Shown in pieces: positions 13,036-25,987 of a stretch of DNA of 64,000 nt. The position numbers and the translations under genes were made by a program. The stretch is from Paraspadella gotoi (Eukaryota > Animalia > Chaetognatha). Where the stretch lies: assembly GCA_051294375.1 (NCBI GenBank), contig CM119264.1:22076709-22140708 (forward strand), given 5' to 3'. The notes under the pieces were generated by a model. That model saw only the letters and a list, made by a program, of their open reading frames with translations. It was not told the DNA's origin and made no database searches. Within the stretch, counting starts at the first letter, position 1, and every line of letters begins with the position of its first letter.

Positions 13036-15523
13036 ATCGGAAGAGGAAATGAAATTCCCATAAAACTGGGTTCGCTGACGGAACAAACTTTTTCATTCGT
13101 TTCCTGACGATTGTTTATGGGTCGGAGGAAGGAAAAGAAGGAAAGGAAGGAAAGGAAGGAAAAAGGGAGGAAAGAAGAGAGAAAGAAGGAAGGAAAAGGA
13201 AAGGACATAAAAAAGAAGTTGGAACGGAAAGAAGGAAAAAGAGAGGAAGAGAAATGTGAAGAGGGAATGAAAGCAATATGAACTATGAAGGCTAAAAAAA
13301 AAAGAAGTATGAAAGGAACCAAAAGATAAGAATGAGGGAGAAATGGAAAAAAGGAGAAAGATAAAAGAACGGATTAAGAGAAGGAAAAAGGGAGACAATT
13401 ATTGCTGGGGTGTTGGGTAAGGCAGGAAAGAAGGAACAAAGAAAGCGTAACCACAGGTTTCATTGAAGGAAAAGAGAGCGAGAGAGGGAAAAACGTTAAA
13501 AACCTTTGGCCGTTTCCGATCCATAGCGCGGGGTAATGGCGCCGTGGCGATGGAGCGTCGACGCCGCGCGCTCTAACCTCGGCGCCGTCTCCGTTGAACC
13601 CTGAACCGGCGCCTTCGAACCCGGAGGGAGCATTTTTTGGGAATTCGAAGCCTCTGAACTCTGTGTTAGAACCATTCGCCGATTCCTTTGAACCGGCTTG
13701 AGTAAAAAACTCGTCTGATTTAGAGTCGTGGGTTTGATTTATTTTCTGTATAAGAATCTATTTGATTGTACTGCAGGCTATATATGGGAATTCAATGATA
13801 TAAATCTCATAACTAAATGCTTTGGTGAACGATTCGTATTTGGATGATCTTCTTCATGAAAATGTCGCCATCAATCGATTGATGTTTTTAACATTCCAAA
13901 GGTTATCCACGAGATTTGTTCATTTTTGTTTGAACTTTATTTTGCCAATCGCTTTCGAAACTCAAGAAATCAAATCGCCAATTATAATAGTATCCACTTT
14001 CTATTGCAACTCTTATGGAATATTCAAAATATCAGGCTCTTCATATTAAATTAGCCACTCCAAAGCCGAATAGTCCAACCCGCTGCCTATAGTAACATAT
14101 ATTTTGAAAAATACACTTCTTGCCCTCTGTGGGAACACCATGCCTAAAAAAAAAAAAGAAAAAAAAACTCTTTTTGCCTCTAATTCTTTCTTTCTGCGTC
14201 GTTTCGCTGATTTTTCTCCTTCAAGCAAAACTTTTAGTCGACTTCTTTTCTTCTGGTCAAAATCTTTTTTGCAAGTTTGTTTGTTTGCTTATAGTTATTT
14301 CTGTTTAAAACGAATGAAAGGGAGAGAAAGAAAAAGGATGAAAGAGAGAGTAGAACTAGAAGTAAATGAAATTCAATCCTCACAATCTTTCTTCGTAATT
14401 CTAATCCCAAATAATTTGTCTGGTTTTAGCCATCGTTTTACTCATCGTTCATTCTTAATCCTCCCTTCTTTTCTTAACTGTCAAATTGTTTCTTTTTTTT
14501 CAGAATAAGAAAATTCTTTTCTTTTTCTAACTTTTTAAAAACATTTTTATATTTTTTTTTTGGTGATTTTTTTCAAGTTTTTTTTTCGCCTTTTCACGCG
14601 AATTTCCTTCACAACTTTTTTTCCTTCTGGTGAGCGCGGTCTCTCGCTCTCTTAGAGCCTATTAACTGAAGTTGGTAAACTGCTTCCTTCCTTCCCTTTT
14701 TTTCCCTTTTCCCCTTTTTTTCCTTTCTTTTCTCTCCTAATACTTTTCTCCAATTTTGCCTTCATCGTTGTATTTTTCTCGCCGAGAAAAACAAGATAAT
14801 AATCTTCCACCTCTGGCTCAGTAAAAAAAGCAAATCGGAAAGCGGAAAATATCTAGGGAAGAGTGTAAAAGAATAAATATGTAAAGAGTCTGCAATAAAA
14901 ATAAAAGGGAAGTTAAAAAGGGACAATCAAAATATAAAGAAAAGAACAACACAAGTTAGTAATAAATACGTAGTATTAGGAGAAAAGTAGAAAAAATAAA
15001 GAGAACAAACAAATCAGAAAGTTGGAAATAAAAAGAGAAAACAGACGCGTTTGCATCTCAAGGGGGACATACATTCATACAATCTCAGGCAGAGCGAAAA
15101 ATCGTTATCCGTTTTAATTCCACCCGCCATTTTTTTTTTTAATTTGAAAATTTTTTCTTAAATATTTGATTTAGTAACCGGTTGCTATGAAAAACGCTAG
15201 GATGTTCAAATTTCATTGAGATCAAAAAGCTTCGAAAATCGTCTTGATTTTCTAAGCCGCGCATTTGTAAGCAGTTGGTTCCCGCCCATCGTATTATACT
15301 ACACTTTCATTGATGCGTGAAAATGTTGGGTCATAGGATTGGGTGGAATTGATGGTAAGGAAGGGTGGGGGTTGGGTGGGGGTTGGGTGGGGAACGAAAC
15401 GCAAAATGTCTTCATCGAGAAGAAATCGACGAAAGACTGAAAGTCGAATGGATGAGCCTCATGGGGGCGGGTACTCGCTCTCAAACGAATAACCCTACCG
15501 GATAAATCGACCTTTTTGCTGCG

Positions 15524-15584
<61 letters not shown>

Positions 15585-15967
15585 TTCTACCTCATTCATT
15601 TCGTTTTCTTTGAGTTTGAGTGTTGAGGGTTTGGCAAATGAAGTTCGCATCTTTTATCAATAACCAGAGCAATTTCGCCGTCATCGTCGTTATCGTCGTC
15701 TTCATCATCATCTTCATCGTCTGATGATGTTTTATTTTTTTGCTTCAGGCATCTAAAAAGATTCCAAGGCATTTCTAAAAATCATTCAAATTATTTATGG
15801 GGAGCAGGAGAAAAGAATTATTTATCTTAGATTAGAAAAACTTAATTTACATAAGGAGTAGAAGGAAAGATAGAAAAGACTTCAGACAGAATAGACAAAA
15901 AGACTGATATACCAAATTAAAAAAAGAAAGAGAAAAGGAAAGAAAGAAAACCATCAATAAAAAAAAA

Positions 15968-16023
<56 letters not shown>

Positions 16024-16897
16024 AAAAAGAAAAAAAGAAAGGATGAAAGAAAGCGAATAAATTCAAAGAAAGAAAAACAGAAATAAGAAACTGGCAAAGC
16101 GAGCTTGTGTAAAGAAACTCGTAAAAAACTTCCCGGCGGAGGTTTAGTCTTAATTATGCGAAAGAAATGATTTCGCGGTTGAATTTTTCATACTCAACTT
16201 TTTTAACTCTTCACCGCTCATTTCTTTTTCTCCCCTCCCTTCCTCCCCTGTCCTCTCTCATGCCCATCTTATTCTGTTTTCTCATTCTCCTCCTCCTTTC
16301 CTCTATTTTTGGTCATGTTCGCTTCTTTCTCTTCTTCCCTTTCTTCCTCTCTTTCCTTTTCCTTTTCCTTTTTGCCTTTCTTCCTCTTTTTCCTTTTTCT
16401 TTTTCTTCTTTCCCTCGTTCCTCTTTCCCTTCTCTCCATTTTTTTTCCAAGCGTTCATTTTCTCCTTCTCCCTTTCCCCCTCTCCTATTTCTTCTCCTCT
16501 TCTATTTCCTCCTCTCCTTCTCCTCTTCTGTTTCTTCCTCTCCTTCTCCTCTTCTATTTCCTCCTCTCCTTCTCTTCTATTCCTTCTCTCCCTACTCCTC
16601 TTTCTATTTCGTCCTCTCCTTCTCTTCTATTCTTCTCCTCCTCCTCTTATCTTCTCCTCTTTCTATTCTTCCTTTCTTGCTATTCCCTCTCCTCTCATCT
16701 CTTCTATTTTCTTCCTCTCCTTACCTCTTCTATTTCTCCTTCCTTCTCCTCTTCATATTCTTCTCCTCTCCTCCCTTCTCCTCTTCTATTTCCTTCTCTT
16801 TTCTCCTCTTCTATTTCCTCTCTCCTCTCCTCCTCCTCCTCCTCCTCCTCCTCCCCTCTATCTCTTTGCATCCCCCCACCTCTTCCTCCATCCACAG

Positions 16898-17467
16898 GCT
16901 CCACCTGCACGGCCTCCCAACCCTACGACTGCATGTACGCTCTCTCCATCCTCCGATTCGATCCTCATCTTTCCGTCTGCAACTGCCTCAACCCGACGCT
17001 GACCCCAGGGGAGGCGACCCCTCCATCCACGACCTCGAGGCTGACCCCGCGGGGGAAGACCCTCGGAGCGACCTCGAAGACCCCGCCCCCGACGGGCACG
17101 GGGCCGCGGCCGCGTCCTTTATCCCCGGATGAAGGGCGTGTAAACGACGAAGGCGACGACGTCGAGGACAGTAATCAACGACCGCCGCGACGTCGACTCC
17201 AACAGCAACTACATCAGCAACAACATCATGGAGAAACCCAGCAACAACAGCAACTTCGGGAAAATTCGAAATATTTTAAGACGAAAAAATTAATGAGCCA
17301 CAGCGAAGCCAACGGGTGGAGGATGAGGCGAACGTCGTCGTCGTCGTCGTCGTCGTCGGCGGCGGAATTTTATGACCACGACGACTCAGAGGATTACGAG
17401 CCGAGCTGCAGGGAGATTCTACAGTTGCTCTTCCATCATCCGTGCAACTCACTGCCCGAACCACCGG
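16898..17467 (+). CDS. Internal coding exon: C-terminal half of a GDNF-receptor-alpha/GAS1-type Cys-rich domain (GFRalpha/Gfrl-like) with a long low-complexity insert
   Basis: Long pyrimidine tract then ccacag| acceptor, and G|gtaagt donor; 570 nt, phase 1-1, open throughout. Peptide STCTASQPYDCMYALSILRFDPHLSVCNCL...EPSCREILQLLFHHPCN fits the C-x-CxxALxxL-x-CxC-x-CxxI-x-LFxHPC pattern of GFRalpha-family domains. Recognised by eye; other exons not found. Confidence 0.75.
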
Positions 17468-17525
17468 GTAAGTTCTTTCATTTTTTTGCTGGTGGGTAAG
17501 CACATTAGCATCCGTTCATTCACAA

Positions 17526-17560
<35 letters not shown>

Positions 17561-18266
17561 TTCATCGTATTTTAAAAATTAAATTCACAGTTCTTGTTTT
17601 TATTCGCTTGTGATTAAAATTTTGGAGGAATTAACATCGACCTTGTCTTCGTCGTTGTTACGTATTTAGGTTCTACAGTTGGCATTGTTGTCGTCAAGGA
17701 CTTTGACCTTTTTTGTTGTCAGGTTTGATACTTTGTCAAAGATAGTTTTCTTAGTTATTGGATTCTGTGACTTCGTCTCTCTCTCTCCTATTTTGATTTT
17801 TACCATATTTTTACCATATTTCACCAAATAAATAACAATTAAGCAAAATACTAATATGTTGATGAAGGCTAACATATTAGCCGAAACATGTTCGATTTTC
17901 TCCTTGAAAATAAAAACAAATTTGTTGTCTGTTAACAAAATAAACAATTTCGCTTAATTCTTATTTCAAACGCAACGAAATGAAAAGCTCGAAATAACAA
18001 AGTCCTAATAAATTTTACTTGAAATGCAATAAAGTTGTCGTATGTATGTATTTTTGTATCATATGTGTATTCAATATCCTATTTTAAATCAAGCGAATCA
18101 TCAACGCATCCTAGCCCCTTTCCTACTCTCGGCTCGTTTGAGTTTAGATTAATTCTGAAACTGTTAAAACAACCATTCGACCGAGTTGGGATTTTCACGA
18201 GACGGGTCACAGATGCTGAAACCTAAAGTAGAAGTAACAGAAAGAAAGCGGAAATGAGAGAGAGAG

Positions 18267-18297
<31 letters not shown>

Positions 18298-18302
18298 TGA
18301 GA

Positions 18303-18357
<55 letters not shown>

Positions 18358-19591
18358 CGAAGGGAAAAAATGAAGAAAAAACGAAGAAAACGCATTGAGT
18401 TAATTACCGTGGAGTCATTCTACTCACACGTTGGCGTTCCGCCTCAAAAATATTCGCGACGACCGAACGTCAGAGATGAATTTCCCTCAGGAGTGCGTAC
18501 ACGAGCGGGAGAGTGCGTGCACGCAAGGGAGAACGTGTAGTATGTACGCGCTAGGGAGGGTTCTAGATCTCGTAATGGAGTGCAAACCACACGTGCAAAA
18601 GTTCTACAACGCAGACTTCACCATCCGATTGTGACAATTTGAGCGAGAGAATAACAAAGTTTGGGGTCATGACTACATGAAAGGGAGACTGCGCACACGC
18701 GAGCAATGGGGTCTGTACTTTGGGGACTCAGCGTACTTAAACTTAATCGTTAGAGAGAGAGAGAGAGAGAGAGACGGTGAAAAGGAAAGTGATTATGAGC
18801 ACTAGACGCCATATGTAGATGAGTTAATGCAGAGAGTAAAAAAATATTTCAGTTAAAATATATTTATATCTGTAAATATACATAATGTGACAAAAAATAT
18901 TTCTCTTTCGATTTCATCATTTAAAAAAATAAAATTTAAAGTTTAAAACATAATTTTTTTAAAATATTTTCTATCGATTTGTGTCGCTGATTCTTCTCGC
19001 CGACTTCTTCACAATTCCCAAAATTTAAGTCTTCTATCTTCCACAGGCCCCCTTTTAAAGAGCAGAGTTTAAACAATCATTCTCAAATCCACCACACCAC
19101 CACAATAACACAATACTCCCCACAACCACAATTCTTTTTGCCCACTTTACTCTGACGGACGCGACGTCTCGAAACGAAGGAAACGACGACGACGACGATG
19201 AAGACGACGACGTGACGACGACGATAAAAAAGTTGAGGGCGACCACGATGATCCAATCGCACCGACAACCGGAAGGAGAAAGAAAAGAGCTGCAGTGTCT
19301 TTGACAATGCTAAGTAAAAGAAAGTTGTAACCTATTTCTTAGGGCCGCAGATTTTTAATGTAAGAAAAAGACGGAAGTAGTTGTCTACGTACTGAATTGT
19401 AATTGAACGTAATAATTATATCATATTTTCTTCATCAGCATTGAAACAACTAAATATATTTTTTAGTACCGACGATCAACCCCGTCCGTCTCTCTTCCTT
19501 TTTTTCCGCTGCGTCCACATTTTCCTTTGTTCCAATGAACGTCGCTTCCATTGTCTACCGATATGTCTCATTTCCTCTCCCTTACCTCCGC

Positions 19592-19727
<136 letters not shown>

Positions 19728-20600
19728 CTTCCCTCGGTTTTGTGCGGTATCGACGAATATTTATTGCTCTGAGTCAGTCGCCGCGGGAAAGTGGGTAACT
19801 AAGAAAGTAGTGGCGGCAGGAAATTTAGTAGATAAAATGTAAGGCAGAATTAAGTATAGTACAGCGTAATGCAGTAAAAGAATGCTAAATTCTCCATTGA
19901 AAAATGTTGTTGTGATAAATATTATATATGTTTATATTATATATTAAATACATATCTTAAAGATAAAAATTCAAAACTTAAAATAATGAAAGAATTAATT
20001 TTGCGATTCACTCAACCATTTTCATAAAATAATAGAAAATCTACAGTGTAGATTCTACACACGCTTCCCGTTTTTTCTCCATGATGGAAAAAAGGGTTTT
20101 TACACGGAAAACCTTTTCCTGTTTCGATCAAACGAATGGCCGACTGTCGACGTCCATGATCCATCCACTTCTTCCTAACTGTCGGAGGCTCAATATTTTA
20201 TCGCGCATTACCCTTCTTTTCTTTTCTTTTTTTTAATTTTTCTTTCTTTCTTTCTTTTTTTCCCTTTCTTTCTTACTTTCTTTCTTTCTTTCCTTCTTTT
20301 TAAATGCTAAAAGTTTTCACCTCAATGAACGATTAGTGAATAGTGATAGTGGAATCTCGATCAAGTGTATGAAGAAGGAGGTCGTTGACAAATACGTTCC
20401 TTTACAAAATACTCTTTTTTTTTGGTTAAAAAATGATTTTATACTTTTTTCTTGTACTTTAAAATATCAAAAACGAGAAAGAGATATCATAACAACGGAA
20501 CTTAGTATGTTTGCTTTGCTGAAAACTCAAAAACAACTTTCCACACCCCTCCCTCCAAAAATAAACTTACTCCACTTAGATCTCAATACGTCTGAGTCTA

Positions 20601-20953
20601 TTTAGTTGCGCCACGAGTACTCGCGGAGCAACTCTATAACTATAAGTATAAGTCACTTTTCGGTCGGTCGGTCAGTCGGTCCGTCGGAATGTCTCTCCGT
20701 CGGTGTGTCCCACTTACGTTAAAGATGCATATAATTTGCTTATAGTTGTTGCTCAGAAAAAACTGAAAACAGAAAAAACCTAAAATCACGAATTCCTAAA
20801 ACTATAAGGAACAAAAGACGGAATTTTGCTGCAGTGCATGTCAAAGGCAAAGAAAGTGTTTTAGTTATGTCATGTCTTATCATGTGATCAAAGGGAAATA
20901 CACATGAAAATAAAGTCACTGCGGCGCAACACATTGGAATTACCGTTCTTGTT
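20601..20953 (+). mobile_element. DINE-1/HINE-like non-autonomous Helentron-type element (candidate)
   Basis: 5' TTTAGTTGC...GCAACTCTA inverted repeat enclosing the palindrome CGAGTACTCG, then a (GGTC/CGTC)n tetranucleotide tract (about 20660-20700). The putative 3' end is GCAAC...CTTGTT running into a T tract. This order matches known HINE architecture; the 3' boundary is uncertain. Confidence 0.45.
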
Positions 20954-21304
20954 TTTTTTTATCAATCTAAATTTCCCGCTCGCGTCGCCTCAACTATTTG
21001 ACGAGTTATTTGTGATTAAAAAAAAAAAAAGAAGAAAAAACCCTCCCGCTTTTTCATCCACAAAATCGACTTTTTTATTTTCCTAATTTTTTTCCTCTCA
21101 ATTTTTTTTTCTTCCAACAAACAGTCTTTTTTTTTTCTAATTCGCGAATATTCTCTCTCCATTAAAACCCGGAAGTCGGCCGGTCTTCGTCGTCGTCGTC
21201 GTCGTCGTTGTGGTTGTTGTCTTTGTCGTCCTTGCTCAGAAATATTATAGCTGCCATTTTTTTTAAATTTCAAACGTGGACAGAGGGAACCACGAATTCT
21301 TGCT

Positions 21305-21372
<68 letters not shown>

Positions 21373-21902
21373 TATTATTTTCAATCTGTATCAATTAAAG
21401 CTTACACTAAATTTTGGCCAACAGATAAATTATTTTCTTTAATCCTAAAAAAAAAAAACGGTCGCAAAATCAATTTGTCTTTCCTGGGATCGAACTCGCA
21501 ACCTTTCTTTCAAAAAATCCCGCGGTGGAAACTCGAAAATGATAAAGGAAAAGAAAGAATCTGAAAAGAGTCTACGTTGACCTTTGACGATAATTTTGAA
21601 AGGGGAATCAGTGTTCGAAATGACCCGCCTTGACCCGACCCGACTCCTTGAACCACTTTGACCTCTTTGACCTTTGTCCCGTCCGGGCAGGTGGGCCGAG
21701 GAACGAAATCTGCGACCGAATAAATCTTATATTTTCTCTTTTTTTTTTCGCCGGAAAAAAGTTAAAAAGTGAGAGGAATCGCACAGAATGAAGCTGAAGT
21801 GGGAAAGCGTTTCATTTTGCTATGGGGGGACAAAAAATATTTCTCCATTAATCCGAATCCTCATTTCGCTTTCCTTCTTTTGATTTGCCCATTTGTTTCA
21901 TC

Positions 21903-21937
<35 letters not shown>

Positions 21938-22150
21938 GAAACGGGATGACAGGGATAGACGTAAATCTGTTTTTGTCACACATCCGTCGCAAAACGTCTC
22001 CCTCTCTATTCTCTCTCCCTCTCTTCACCCTCCCCCGATTTCTACTCCTACTTCCCTCTCCCTCATTCACTCAAGCAAAGGGAAAATACTTTTCTCGACG
22101 GGCAACTTTCCAGGTTATAAACTCCGAATGTGGGTGGGTGGGATTCAGCA

Positions 22151-22187
<37 letters not shown>

Positions 22188-22712
22188 ATCGAATAGAGAA
22201 ACGATAGACGGAAGCGAACGCCCAATTACAAACAACAACGACGCCGCAGACGAACACGACGAAGACCCCGGGCTTTAACATTGCCATTCGAGCCACGCCC
22301 TCCAGTCTTTTCCTCCCAAGGGCCGCTCGTCCTTCCTCTCTGTTACGAAGGAGGTCACGCGTTCGAATCCCGATGTCGATCTTTTGATTCTCGCCATCGA
22401 TAAGTCGCGTCATATTCTTATATTGTTTTATATGCATATAATCACAAAGATTAACATATGCAAGATTACAAATCGCCCGCAAGTACTCCTGCCAAAGGTC
22501 ACCACGATCCAGACGGAGCAACATCCAAATTATTTTCGCGGCTTTTTCAAAAAGCGTGCAAACTCGGCGGGGATCCTCCCTCCTCTTTCGGTTCCAAAGT
22601 AAACGTCATAGAAAAAAAAACTATAAAAGAGATTAAAACCGATAAACCGTGTTCAACTTCCCCTCTGGATAACATTCCAGGTGCTGAAACTTTTTTTTTC
22701 TCTATCTCGTCA

Positions 22713-22794
<82 letters not shown>

Positions 22795-24362
22795 TCTTTA
22801 TAAAAAAAAAAGCCCAACGATGGAGTTTTATGGCGCTGCGGAAGTCGTGAAAGCAACGGACTGTGGCCGCTTTTATTTTATGGATATTGTGGGAAATTCG
22901 ATCCGTGGCTTCGTAGATTCATTGATTATTTAAACTTGACGCGTCCCCTTGTCAAAAACCCTTTTATTATTTCTTAATTAATTTAATTAAAGTTGTTATC
23001 AGGAAAAGAGCGTTTTTTTGTATTTTTATGTTAAACAAAATTTTAAAAAAGTACAAAATTCGTATGCTTCCGTCCGATGAACAATTTAAAGCGAATATTC
23101 ATTTTTTATGGCTTTGCCTTTAATCATCATAGCTTGGCCTCTTTTAATTATTTTTAATTGCTGATTAGGGAGGCGCATTGAAATCCCCAGTCGGCCATCT
23201 TTCTACGAACCTCGAGAAAAAGATAAAAGTAACGCCTTCTCAGATTTCTCAGTTTTCCTAATTTAATTAGCGAAAACTCTGCGTTTATTTTTATTTTTCT
23301 CCGTGTATTTTCTGTTCGTTTGTTTATCTCTATGTAAATTTGTGACTCTTTTTATCATTGAGGTTAAAAAAATGTGAGAGCTTTACAGCGACAACTGAGC
23401 AGTGATTTAAAAGAACTGTGTCACTAAATCGCGATTCACTAAGCATAAAAAAAAAAGAAATGTTGTGTCAGCAATGATCGATGTTTCGATAATAATACTC
23501 TTCGGTTAAGTTCGAGAGTTTCATGAAAGGGGAAGGAAAAGTTTGGAGTTTGGAGTTTGGTAACGTGACAGAAGATGTATGAAGAAGAGGTTGGGAGTCG
23601 GGAAATGAAATAAAAAATGGAATTACGATTTGTTGTATTCAATTTAAAATTATTGCGACTATCAAAAAGGGTTATCCTGTGCGAGAATCTCAACCGTGTC
23701 AACGCTCGTCTCGCGGGACTCTCGGGGATGTCGAGGAGTTGGATGAGGAGGGAGCCAGAAAAAGTGGTTAATCGAGCAAACCGAATTCCTTCTCCCCACG
23801 CCCGTTCCCCCCCCCTTCTCTGGCAAAGATCCCATTTCGTCCGTCCTTGACTAGGGGACATAGAAATATATTCTTTTCAATTGTGTTTCTTCCTCTGAGG
23901 CTTTTGTCGTTCATGCAAATCGTGGGATTGCAAAGGGACGGAATCCTTTTTTTAAATTCGTCGCTTTGTCAAAAAACTCAATGAAAACACCGAACTTTTT
24001 CTTTAAAGATGACATTTCTTTTTATCCGATGACCGAACACCCAGCCATCCAATAATAAAAACAATCAACTGAATCCTAAAAAAAGTCTTTACAAAACTAC
24101 CTAAGTTTATAATCATGAGAACTCATTATTAGTACAAATCAATACATTATTTATTAAATCAAACATTAAATACTGATTTCTGTATCGCATATTCAAATCG
24201 TTATCAGTGAAACTCACATTTTGATCCCGTCGACATCGTCTCTCATTGTCCACGATTCCATCCTCTTCTTTCCTCCTTTTTTTTCGCCTCAGGACAATTT
24301 CATTGTTTCTGCCATCGATCCTCATTTTTCTCTTTGCAATATAATCGCCGAGTTCATTGAAG

Positions 24363-24657
24363 TTGCCATTGCCGACCCCTTTGCCGATGCCATGGCAAAT
24401 GCCGTTACCGTTGACATTGCCATGGCCATTGCCAATGCCGATGCCATTGCCAAGGCCATTGTCGATGCTTTTGCTGTTACCACTCCAGATGCCATTGCCG
24501 ATGCCATTGCCGTTGCCATTGCTGTTTCCATTCCCTTAACCATTGCCGTTGCCAGCGTTTCCTTCGGGAATGTTATTGCCGCTGCCAATGCCTATACCAT
24601 TCCGGTTCCATTCCCGTTTCCATTGCTGATGCCATTGCAGTTTCCATTGCCGATGGC
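24363..24657. repeat. Degenerate hexamer/12-mer repeat (GCCATT/GCCGAT/GCCGTT)n
   Basis: Visible 6-bp periodicity. It is a reverse-complement relative of the repeat at 1-414. Confidence 0.85.
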
Positions 24658-24840
24658 CTCAGTTATTATGGTTTCTTTGTCTCCAAGTCCAATGGGTTTT
24701 TTTGTTCGCCATTTCGTCCGGTTTGACTCATTTTCGATCGATAGTTGCTTTCGCCATCGTTTGCTGACGCCTCTTTATTAGTAGCAGTCCGACCCGTGAG
24801 TCGGTTGACCTAATTGTCGGGCATCCATTCGTTTTGTTTC

Positions 24841-24877
<37 letters not shown>

Positions 24878-25719
24878 TATTTATTATTATTATTATTATT
24901 TTTGCTAATATTATTTTATAATTGATGTTAGACAATCTCATTTCTTGTCTCTCGCTTCCACCCCTCCCCGCTTCCCGCTTCCCGCTCCCCGCTCCCCCGC
25001 TCCCTCCGCTCCCCCGCTGCCCACCGCTCCCCGCTCCCCCCGCCTCCCCATCCTCCCTCCACCCCTCTTCTCCTTTCCTTGATCTTCACCCTCCTCAAAT
25101 CGATCCTATTGTCTCCTGCATATTTCTCTCACACTGGCCCCATAGTTTCGCCTCATATAGTTCGTCCTTCCCAATCTCGTTTTTGAGTTAAAAATATCCT
25201 TTTTTTCGAAATCTCACTTTGGCGCCCGCGAACCACATTCGAGGAAGCGGGGGAGAAAGAGTTTTTGGGGAAGGGGGAGAGTGGTGGCGTTCGGGCGGAG
25301 GAAGATCTGGGCAGTGGAATAGCGTTCGTCACGTCAATCGTATCTTATCAAATTTTCTTTCTATATGAAATTGGTACAACCAATATAAATATATTTAGAT
25401 ATTTTTTTCACATTTAGTCACGAAACTAAGTTTTTACTTAGGAACTTAAGGAAGTGAGTTGAATTTGTACGAATGAGTTTGAAGAAATATATTCTACCAA
25501 GATCGTTACGTTTGGGCAAAGGACCGACTTTGGAACAAAGTTTTATTAAGGCATTTTCTAGGTCAGTTAAAAACTTTACGACGAAAATCACCGTCGAAAA
25601 AAATGTGAAAAAATCGTTTTTGACGAGCAGCAAGTTAATTCCCCCAATTTGCAAGGAGCTTCTCAACGGCTCGAAAAAAGCAAACGAAAATTTGTTTTTT
25701 TTTCTTCTTAAATTATGTT

Positions 25720-25802
<83 letters not shown>

Positions 25803-25933
25803 TCTCTCTCTCCTCTCTCCTCTCTCAAAAAGAAACTCGAAGGAAATTAAAGTTCGCTTTGGCTTCGTCTCCGACGAAGACGACGCCAATCCAGGTTCCC
25901 GCCACAATTTCAGAGAGAGAAAGAGAGAGAGAG

Positions 25934-25987
<54 letters not shown>

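Noticed and set aside
22350-22380. GTTCGAATCCC B-box/T-loop suggesting a tRNA
   Set aside because: No acceptor stem, D arm or A box was found; at most a SINE remnant.
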